Assembly (NCBI GenBank): GCA_947459245.1
Contig: CANHCV010000005.1
Coordinates: 4,820-68,819 of the forward strand
Direction of reading: 5' to 3'
DNA from: Bacteroidota bacterium
Lineage (GTDB): Bacteria; Bacteroidota; Bacteroidia; UBA7662; CANHCV01
Length of the DNA stretch: 64,000 nt
Shown here: piece by piece, positions 57,150 to 64,000 of the stretch
How the letters are laid out: every line of letters begins with the position of its first letter
Numbering within the stretch: the first letter of the stretch is position 1
The notes under the pieces: generated by a model
Told to the model about the DNA's origin: nothing
The model's input: the letters and a program-made list of their open reading frames with translations, nothing else
The model's database searches: none
Made by a program: the position numbers and the translations under genes

Positions 57150-58271
57150 ATGCCCCAACTACCTAAGAAAATTCTGTTTACAATTCCAAATTTTGACACT
57201 GCTGGTTCTGGAAAAGCAATGTTAAAAATCATTCAAAGATTAAATCCGGTACTGTTCGAACCTCATATTGCTTGTAATCATGATCGTGGCGCATTTTTTA
57301 ACGTGGTAAAAAGTTCTGGTGTTCCTATTCATTTGATTACCACCACAACTTCGATGAGAAATAAATGGAAGGGATTTTGGGCTTGTTGGAAAATGAGAAA
57401 GTTTTATCAAGAACATCAATTTGATCTGGTTCATTCATTTCATTATTCCGACGATTATTCAGAGGCCCTCAGTGTGCGATTGGCAGGGAAGAAATGGGTT
57501 TATGTAAAGAAAAATATGAATTGGGGAGGAAACGGATGGAAATTGAGAACCATGCTTTCTCATGGGGTATTGGCTCAAAATACCGACATGATGAAAGAGT
57601 TTTTTCCTCAATCTGCCAAGGTTAGTTTATGCAGTAGGGGCGTTGATTTAAAAGAGTTTTTTCCTCAATCGCCGAGTTCAAGTTTATTTCAGGAATTTGG
57701 ATTAACAAATCAAACAAAGGTGATATTAACGGTGGCTAATTTGGTGCCAGTAAAAGGAATTGAGATTTTGTTGAATGCCATTGAAAAATGCAACTTCAAT
57801 CCTTCTTCCGATGTTCGGCTTTTCGTGGTTGGTGATGATAAAAATGAGTATGCCGAACAAATGAAAGTAAAAGCATCTCAGTTAGCCATTCCAGTTATTT
57901 TTACCGGGAAAAGATTGGATGTTTCAGCCTTCCATTCCATCGCACATGTCTTCGTTCTACCAACCCTGAATAAAGGAAGAAAAGAAGGATCCCCTGTAAG
58001 TTTCTTAGAAGCGATGGCTTCAGGAACCTATTCCTTAGGAAGTCGAATTCCAGGAATTAAAGATCAATTAAAAGAACTACCCCAACAATTGTTCGAGGCG
58101 GGAAATGCTGATGAATTGAGCCAAAAATTAAACGAAGCTTTAAGCTGGGATGTTGCGGAATTAAAGTCCAAAATTGACTTGCAACTATCTGCCATTCAAA
58201 ATGGATTTACCATTGAACAAGAGGTTGCTCGACATGAGGCTTTTTACAGAAACGTTCTTTCCATGGATTAA
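57150..58271 (+). CDS. Glycosyltransferase family 4 (GT-B fold)
   Basis: The start is placed after the terminator (MPQLPKKILFTIPNFDTAGSGKAM). C-terminal GT4 features are present (EGSPVSFLEAMASG). Confidence 0.7.
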   Translation: MPQLPKKILFTIPNFDTAGSGKAMLKIIQRLNPVLFEPHIACNHDRGAFFNVVKSSGVPIHLITTTTSMRNKWKGFWACWKMRKFYQEHQFDLVHSFHYSDDYSEALSVRLAGKKWVYVKKNMNWGGNGWKLRTMLSHGVLAQNTDMMKEFFPQSAKVSLCSRGVDLKEFFPQSPSSSLFQEFGLTNQTKVILTVANLVPVKGIEILLNAIEKCNFNPSSDVRLFVVGDDKNEYAEQMKVKASQLAIPVIFTGKRLDVSAFHSIAHVFVLPTLNKGRKEGSPVSFLEAMASGTYSLGSRIPGIKDQLKELPQQLFEAGNADELSQKLNEALSWDVAELKSKIDLQLSAIQNGFTIEQEVARHEAFYRNVLSMD

Positions 58272-59293
58272 GCCCGAACGATAAAAATGAACGATTTGAT
58301 TTTCTGAATCTTCTTCGTTTTTGATAACCCAGAAACCCCGTTAGCCTTCGGTAGTTGAATCGGGTCTTCCAAAGCATTTTCAAAAAAGTGAATCATGTGG
58401 GAAGATTTAACGGCATAGGAAACCCCGTCGGCACTTCCATTTTTTGCAGAAATTACTCCAATCACATTTCCTTGTTCGTCGAACAAGGGAGAGCCAGATT
58501 GTCCGGGATTGACCGGAACAGAAACTTGGTATTTCAACGTATCGCCGTTATAGCCGTTCAATGAACTTACGCTTCCTTCCCCAAAAACGATGTCTTCTTT
58601 GGGGAACCCCAACGTAAAAACATCTTGAGCTAAATTTACTTTCGAGGATTTGATCGGATAGGGAATTCTCGACAATCCGGTAAAACTCTCGTCGTCGATT
58701 TTCACCAAAACCAAATCGTATTTGGTATCCCTCGCAACAACCCGTGCTGCATAGATACTTCCATCTTCCGGATTTTCCAATTCCACTTCGGATTTATTGC
58801 CGATGACGTGGGAAGAAGTAAGGAAATAACCCTCAGCGTTGACCGCGAAAGCGGTTCCAGAAACAACATCTTCTCCCGACTCGATGGTTCTAATCGGGCG
58901 ATTTGAATGCCGAGATTTGGGTGTTGAACGCGCCAACAATTGCTCGCCATTTGCTTTTTGACGTTGCTCCCACTCGTAACCAAACCAAGCTCCAACGGTA
59001 ATCAGGGCAGAAACAGAAGCTGCAATGGCCCATCGGGAAATGGAAATAGGGTTGGTCGATTTAGTTTTGGTCGATTTAAGCTGTTGTTGGTAGCCCGAAA
59101 TTTCACTTCGAAGTGCTGTTCGTCGGGTAACTACTTCAACGCCTTTCCGAAAAGTCAGGTGAGATTCGTATAAATTCTTTAACGTGGGGTTGGACTCTAA
59201 TTCTTGAAAAAAGAGGGTTCGCTCGGCTCTACTGCCTTCTCCAGATGCCATTTTTTCAAATAGCTCGTTCATTTCTTCGCTGAATGGGTTCAT
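58268..59293 (-). CDS. Anti-sigma-like membrane protein fused to a trypsin-like (S1) serine protease domain
   Basis: The ATG at 59293 overlaps the sigma-factor stop (ATGA). The N-terminal cytoplasmic segment and one TM helix (WAIAASVSALITVGAWFGY) are followed by S1 protease motifs: TAFAVNAEGYFLTSSHV (His), DLVLVKID (Asp) and NPGQSGSPLF (Ser). Confidence 0.6.
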   Translation of the reverse strand: MNPFSEEMNELFEKMASGEGSRAERTLFFQELESNPTLKNLYESHLTFRKGVEVVTRRTALRSEISGYQQQLKSTKTKSTNPISISRWAIAASVSALITVGAWFGYEWEQRQKANGEQLLARSTPKSRHSNRPIRTIESGEDVVSGTAFAVNAEGYFLTSSHVIGNKSEVELENPEDGSIYAARVVARDTKYDLVLVKIDDESFTGLSRIPYPIKSSKVNLAQDVFTLGFPKEDIVFGEGSVSSLNGYNGDTLKYQVSVPVNPGQSGSPLFDEQGNVIGVISAKNGSADGVSYAVKSSHMIHFFENALEDPIQLPKANGVSGLSKTKKIQKIKSFIFIVRA

Positions 59294-59850
59294 CCGTTTC
59301 TTCTTTTTTGTCCAACCGCAACCAATTTTTTTAATCGCATCAAACACTTATACTTCTGTGTTTTAGCATTGTCGGCATTGGTATAACCGTGCTTATTTGC
59401 AATCGCCTCCATGCTTAATTTCTGAAAAAAGAAATCGGTAAGAACCGATTTGCAAGGCTCTCCCAATTGGTTGAGTCCCGAATACAAATCGTCGTACTTC
59501 TGCTCTTCTTCCAAAAAACGATCCACGTTTTCAGTAACGTCGGGCAGTTCGTCGGCGAAGCGATCATCGATCACAAAGCTTTGTTGCCCAATTACTTTCA
59601 AACGTTTGTACCACAAGTTTTTGGCAATGGCATACAGATAGGTGCTGATTTTAACGGTGAGTTCGAAACTCGGGTTTTGAATATTATCCAGAAAGATGAG
59701 AAACGCTTCTTGATAAATATCCTTGGCATCGTCGGAGTCGCCCTTTTGGGCAACAATCATCCGCTCGATGAGAGAATAATGTTCAGCGTAAATTTTTCCG
59801 GTAATAAATCGGTCACCCGATCTCAAACCATCTAAGTCGTTCAGCGACAT
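59290..59850 (-). CDS. ECF-type RNA polymerase sigma-70 factor
   Basis: Region 2 (DIYQEAFLIFLDNI...YLYAIAKNLWYKRLK) and region 4 HTH (MEAIANKHGYTNADNAKTQKYKCLMRLKK). Confidence 0.8.
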   Translation of the reverse strand: MSLNDLDGLRSGDRFITGKIYAEHYSLIERMIVAQKGDSDDAKDIYQEAFLIFLDNIQNPSFELTVKISTYLYAIAKNLWYKRLKVIGQQSFVIDDRFADELPDVTENVDRFLEEEQKYDDLYSGLNQLGEPCKSVLTDFFFQKLSMEAIANKHGYTNADNAKTQKYKCLMRLKKLVAVGQKRRNG

Positions 59851-59909
59851 ATCGGTTCGTACTTAATTCTATTCTTCTTGAAAAGGTAACCCACAACTCC
59901 AAAAATAAG

Positions 59910-61262
59910 TCATAGAATGGATTGTAGCACCTCGAATAGTCGATTTTTCTGCACCAATTTTAAAGTTCCTTTTCCTTTGTCTTCGGTGTTTCCTGGGCCG
60001 CAGAAAACCTGAGTAAAGCCCAAACGAGATGCCTCATTCGTTCGTTGCTCCAACCGGTGAACCGGACGAATTTCTCCGCTCAATCCCACTTCTCCACAGA
60101 ATACGGTTAATTCGGGTAGTGGCGTATCCCGTACACTGCTGGCGATGGCAGCACAAACCGCCAAATCCAAGGCCGGATCTTCTACTTTAATTCCACCTGC
60201 CATGTTCAGGAAAACATCCATTTGCCCCAATCGGAAACCCATTCGTTTTTCCAATACGGCAAGTAACATGTTCAACCTTCTAGGGTCGAACCCGGTACAG
60301 CTGCGTTGAGGCATGCCGTAGGCTGTTGGAGTAACCAAGGCTTGCACCTCGATCAGCAGCGGTCTGCTCCCCTCCAAAAGAACGCCAATGGCAATTCCAG
60401 CGGTGGGTTCGTCGCGGGTTGAAAGCAATAATTCTGAAGGGTTTTCCACCGAACGAAGTCCGCTCCCTTGCATTTCATACAAACCCAATTCGGAAGTCGA
60501 GCCAAATCGGTTTTTCATGGTTCGCAACAAGCGGTACGAATAGTGCCGATCCCCTTCAAATTGAAGCACGGTATCCACCAAATGTTCCAACACCTTTGGT
60601 CCTGCGATGCTTCCATCTTTCGTGATGTGTCCAATGAGGAAAATGGGGATATTTCTTTCCTTGGCTAACTTCATCAATTCGGTTGCCGTTTGGCGGATTT
60701 GCCCCACCGAACCGGGCCCAGAATCGAGGGTAGGAGAGTGAATGGTTTGGATGGAATCGATCACCACCCAATCGGGTTCTAATTCATCCATTTGCTCGGC
60801 AATCAGGTGGGTATCGGTTTCTGGAAACAAATACACTTCTTCGTTCCCACCTTCAATGCGTTCCGCTCTAAGTTTGATTTGGGTTGGACTTTCTTCTCCG
60901 GAAACGTACAAGACTTTTACTCCCGGCATTTGCATGGCCAATTGCAACAGCAAAGTACTTTTCCCAATGCCGGGTTCTCCTCCCAAAAGCATCAATGCCC
61001 CTGGAACGATTCCACCGCCCAAAACACGATTCAATTCCGAATCAGGAGTAACCATTCTGGCTTCCTCTTTCCGTTCTACCGATTGGATGGTTTGAGGAAT
61101 TACGTTGGTTTTCTTTCGAGGTCCAGTTTTCGAAGTTGAAGCCGGTTCAACGAGTTCTTCTACAAAGGAATTCCAAGAGCCACACGAATGGCATTTCCCT
61201 ACCCAAGCCGACGATTGTTGTCCGCAACTTGAGCAGAACCAAGCGGTTTTTGCTTTAGCCAT
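59910..61262 (-). CDS. radA: DNA repair protein RadA/Sms
   Basis: N-terminal zinc finger (CSSCGQQSSAWVGKCHSCGSW), Walker A (GGEPGIGKST) and a C-terminal Lon-like domain. Confidence 0.9.
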   Translation of the reverse strand: MAKAKTAWFCSSCGQQSSAWVGKCHSCGSWNSFVEELVEPASTSKTGPRKKTNVIPQTIQSVERKEEARMVTPDSELNRVLGGGIVPGALMLLGGEPGIGKSTLLLQLAMQMPGVKVLYVSGEESPTQIKLRAERIEGGNEEVYLFPETDTHLIAEQMDELEPDWVVIDSIQTIHSPTLDSGPGSVGQIRQTATELMKLAKERNIPIFLIGHITKDGSIAGPKVLEHLVDTVLQFEGDRHYSYRLLRTMKNRFGSTSELGLYEMQGSGLRSVENPSELLLSTRDEPTAGIAIGVLLEGSRPLLIEVQALVTPTAYGMPQRSCTGFDPRRLNMLLAVLEKRMGFRLGQMDVFLNMAGGIKVEDPALDLAVCAAIASSVRDTPLPELTVFCGEVGLSGEIRPVHRLEQRTNEASRLGFTQVFCGPGNTEDKGKGTLKLVQKNRLFEVLQSIL

Positions 61263-62317
61263 TATGCCTTAACACGATTGAAGCTGAGTGCCCACACCAT
61301 CCACTTTGGAAGTGGAGTGGGTTTTCTTCCTTTTAAACGGAAGTACCAGCCAATTTTTTTGATAACGGGAACCCTATGGGTTTCAACAAATTCAATCAAA
61401 GCGCCGTCGGGATCTTCAATGTAAGCAAAATGACCAGCAGCTTGGCCCATGTCGAAACTGTTGGAACTATCGGCCGTGAATTCAGATCCAAGGTTGGAGC
61501 AATGTTTTTTCAATCCCTTCATGTCGTTCACGTCGTAACACAAATGAATGAAACCTTGATCGCCCCAAAATCTTCCTTCATAAATTTTTTCAGGTTTCCG
61601 ATCTAAAACTTGAATCAGTTCTATTTCGGTTCTGCCCAAAAGATCGGAAAAAGGACCTTTTCGGGTTTTCCCAGCAATCATAACCACTCGTCGAAAGGTG
61701 TGATTTCCACCGGGTAACGATTTGAAATCTTCAAATACACCCGTTTCGTCGTGCTTGATAACCTCGTATCCGAGAACACCCGCATAAAATGCAATGGATT
61801 TATCCATGTCTGAAACACCAATGGTAACTCCTCCAACTCCACCGCACGGATGATTGGTTTCCATAAATTTACTTCGAGCGGTAATGATTTCAAACCAATT
61901 TCCGTAGGGATCTTGCAAAAATGCATTGGTTTTGCCGAGGGAATTATTCATTAAACCGGTAAAAGATGGGGGATTCAAGGGTTGCAAATACTCGCAAACA
62001 TCTTTTACGGAAACCGAATTTATTTTACAAATGTTGAATCCTAAATCACCCAACATGAAGGGGCGAATGGGCGGTGCCGATTTCCGGCTTTTGTATTCCC
62101 AAATTTCGAAACCACCACCACCCCGCATGTTCAATGCCAAAATCGCATAGCGATCGTGGCCCTCTCCACCCGTGTACGGCTTCATCAACTCGGCTCGAGC
62201 CTCATCGGCAAATACCTTAATGTCCATTCCAAAGTGGCGAATGTACCATTTCCAGGCTTCATCAGCATTCGTTACACCGATGCCAACTTGTTGAATTCCA
62301 CTGATTAAATCGGCCAT
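61262..62317 (-). CDS. VOC family protein (tandem glyoxalase/bleomycin-resistance folds)
   Basis: Repeated QQVGIGVTNADEA and VGGVTIGVSDMDKS beta-alpha-beta-beta-beta modules. Confidence 0.65.
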   Translation of the reverse strand: MADLISGIQQVGIGVTNADEAWKWYIRHFGMDIKVFADEARAELMKPYTGGEGHDRYAILALNMRGGGGFEIWEYKSRKSAPPIRPFMLGDLGFNICKINSVSVKDVCEYLQPLNPPSFTGLMNNSLGKTNAFLQDPYGNWFEIITARSKFMETNHPCGGVGGVTIGVSDMDKSIAFYAGVLGYEVIKHDETGVFEDFKSLPGGNHTFRRVVMIAGKTRKGPFSDLLGRTEIELIQVLDRKPEKIYEGRFWGDQGFIHLCYDVNDMKGLKKHCSNLGSEFTADSSNSFDMGQAAGHFAYIEDPDGALIEFVETHRVPVIKKIGWYFRLKGRKPTPLPKWMVWALSFNRVKA

Positions 62318-62353
62318 ACTCTTTTCAAATTTATCAAAAATAAGGAATTATTA

Positions 62354-63151
62354 CTACCGACGAACTCTTGGAATGATCCAAAAAAAGATTGTCGGAAAAT
62401 ATCGACGTAAAACAACCAGAATCCTTTCTTTTTGTGCGAGAAGCAATTCTCTTTTATTGGATTCTATGGCTTGAACAACCTTGTTGGCTACCCAATCGGG
62501 CTCCATTCCTTTGGCTTGAAGGTTATCCAGTTTCCCGAATTGTTCCCCTTTGCCGTTCAAGGCACTCAACGAAATGTTGGTTCGAACACCACCGGGAGTA
62601 ACCAAAAGGGTTTTGATTCCCTGATTGGAACACTCTGCCCAAAGGGAATCGGTAAATCCATGCAAGGCATGTTTCGATGCGGCGTAAGCGGAGCGTTGGT
62701 AGTATCCGAAATAACCTACCACCGAACTCATCATCACAATGTGTCCGCTTCCTTTTTCAATCATTTGAGGAAGAATGGATTTGGTGAGGGCCACGGCAGC
62801 GAAATAATTGATGTTCATGATGGATTGATCCACCGAAAAATCGGTTTCTGCTGTTAAACTTCGCTGGGAGATTCCGGCATTGTTGATGAGGATATCCACT
62901 CCTCCCGTTTCCTCCCAAACTTGAGTCCCTAAAGATGGAATAACCGAAAAATCGGTGGCATCGAAGGGTTTAACCCAAACGTGGGGTGCTCCCAAGAGTT
63001 GGGCTTGATCGGCCACCGTTTGGAGCGCATCTACTTTTCTTCCAGAAAGCACCAATTTGCATTTCCGGCGAGCAAACGCCAACGCCAATTCCGTTCCAAT
63101 GCCTGATGAGGCACCGGTAATCCAAACAACGGAATCTTGAACCTTACCCAT
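62354..63151 (-). CDS. SDR family oxidoreductase
   Basis: The ATG at 63151 gives MGKVQDSVVWITGASSGIGTELA (TGxxxGxG). The catalytic YxxxK is present (YAASKHAL). The listed ORF starts 17 codons earlier at a TTG. Confidence 0.8.
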   Translation of the reverse strand: MGKVQDSVVWITGASSGIGTELALAFARRKCKLVLSGRKVDALQTVADQAQLLGAPHVWVKPFDATDFSVIPSLGTQVWEETGGVDILINNAGISQRSLTAETDFSVDQSIMNINYFAAVALTKSILPQMIEKGSGHIVMMSSVVGYFGYYQRSAYAASKHALHGFTDSLWAECSNQGIKTLLVTPGGVRTNISLSALNGKGEQFGKLDNLQAKGMEPDWVANKVVQAIESNKRELLLAQKERILVVLRRYFPTIFFWIIPRVRR

Positions 63152-63494
63152 TGATGTATGCGTTGGCTCCGTGGGCCGCCGAATAAATGATTTGGAAGCC
63201 AACCGAAGCGGCGTAAAAAATGATGCTCAGGTAAAAAACCACATCCGTAAAATGAAAATCGTAATCCCGGTATTCCACTCGAACAATGTACCAAGCTAAG
63301 TAAAACAAGGCTATGATCTCCAAGAAAATAAAAATCAACGAGTAGTAACCAATGGGCAAAATGGGAATGGTTAGAATACCCAAAAACTCCTTTTTGCCTC
63401 CAACGGTTATGTTCAAATACAACCAAACCAAGTGGTAGGCGAACAAAAAGGCGTACGACGCCAAATAGCCAAATTTTGCGGTTTTTATTTTCAT
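63144..63494 (-). CDS. Small hypothetical membrane protein (3 TM helices)
   Basis: 116 aa, hydrophobic. Overlaps the SDR start by 8 nt. Confidence 0.35.
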   Translation of the reverse strand: MKIKTAKFGYLASYAFLFAYHLVWLYLNITVGGKKEFLGILTIPILPIGYYSLIFIFLEIIALFYLAWYIVRVEYRDYDFHFTDVVFYLSIIFYAASVGFQIIYSAAHGANAYING

Positions 63495-63556
63495 AATGCC
63501 AATGCTTCCTGCAAAGATATTGGGTTTTTGTACGGCATTTACCTTATCTTTGGAAG

Positions 63557-64000
63557 ATGGAACAAAATAGAACTCAAAACGCCCCTTGGATTTGGGTGGC
63601 CGGAGTAGGAATCGCTGCCGCAGCTCTAGGTTATTTCATTGGAACAGGAAGCAAATCTTCCGATAAAGTGTCCGTTTCAACCAACGATTCAACCCAAGTT
63701 GGAGAATCTTTCGAACAGTTCCGCCTTCAGTTTTTTGATGATCCACAGTTCCAAAAAGAACGTACCCAATTCCCATTGATCGATATCGGTTATTCCGATG
63801 ATGATGCCCGGGATACCATTTACACCAAAGCCGAAAACTTCAATCCCGTTGCCATTGTTGGCGATCACGACGGACAAGGAAATACTTATCGCGTTGAAAC
63901 GTACGATAATTTCGACATGAAGCCGCACGAGTCCGATTCCATGGTCATCAGCGTTTTGAGCTTCATCGAAGGGAATAAAAATTATTACTTCAAGCGCAAC
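63557..64000 (+). CDS. Hypothetical protein, partial (3' end beyond the window)
   Basis: The ATG at 63557 opens a frame that runs to the window end with no stop: MEQNRTQNAPWIWVAGVGIAAAALGYFIGTGSK... It is not in the ORF table because it is unterminated. The minus-strand ORF 63689..63928 is therefore spurious. Confidence 0.45.
   Translation, partial: MEQNRTQNAPWIWVAGVGIAAAALGYFIGTGSKSSDKVSVSTNDSTQVGESFEQFRLQFFDDPQFQKERTQFPLIDIGYSDDDARDTIYTKAENFNPVAIVGDHDGQGNTYRVETYDNFDMKPHESDSMVISVLSFIEGNKNYYFKRN

Noticed and set aside
59294-59347. Alternative longer start (MFDAIKKIGCGWTKKKKR) for the anti-sigma/protease gene
   Set aside because: It would overlap the sigma-factor C-terminus by 58 nt. The ATG at 59293 forms a classic ATGA coupling overlap with the sigma stop.
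63689-63928. 79 aa minus-strand ORF near the window end
   Set aside because: It is overlapped by a longer plus-strand frame, open from the ATG at 63557 to the window edge, that has a plausible TM helix. The minus ORF is its shadow.

Overview
This 64 kb window looks like a chromosomal segment from a Bacteroidota genome, probably Flavobacteriia-like. The evidence is several secreted proteins with type IX secretion (T9SS) C-terminal sorting domains, a PorQ/PorV-family barrel, DUF1573, SusC-like TonB-dependent receptor architecture, lipoprotein signals of the LxxC type and about 45-48% GC. I support about 58 protein-coding genes and no rRNA, tRNA or CRISPR.

Most of the window is housekeeping: pheS, nrdAB, radA, glmM-like mutase, cysteine desulfurase, 3-hydroxybutyryl-CoA and acyl-CoA dehydrogenases, an amidase, MlaD, a DAACS symporter, a GH3/beta-lactamase fusion and a polysaccharide flippase.

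The most interesting signal is structural rather than a single gene. Three small cargo cassettes sit directly downstream of protein-coding genes, and each is bracketed by a direct repeat that duplicates the 3' end of the upstream gene. The cassettes are a DUF2442 gene, a T9SS cargo plus lipoprotein pair, and a Fib_succ_major (FISUMP)-domain gene preceded by a 630 bp structured non-coding region. In each case the distal copy keeps the reading frame and stop codon of the gene end, and differs mostly by synonymous changes. That is the classic scar of site-specific integration into a gene 3' end, as with phage e14 and icd. However, no integrase or transposase is present in the window.

The 630 bp region at 26007..26636 contains GC-rich hairpins, a 17-nt motif repeated three times forward and once inverted, and an array of AAACGTTT palindromes. 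It is a candidate att arm/regulatory region or non-coding RNA.

Other items: a low-GC accessory stretch at about 8.3-12.8 kb carries a MntA/HepT toxin-antitoxin pair and a TfoX C-terminal domain ORF, and an ECF sigma factor is translationally coupled to an anti-sigma-like protein fused to a trypsin-like protease. All functional calls are from recognising motifs in the provided translations. No database search was run.
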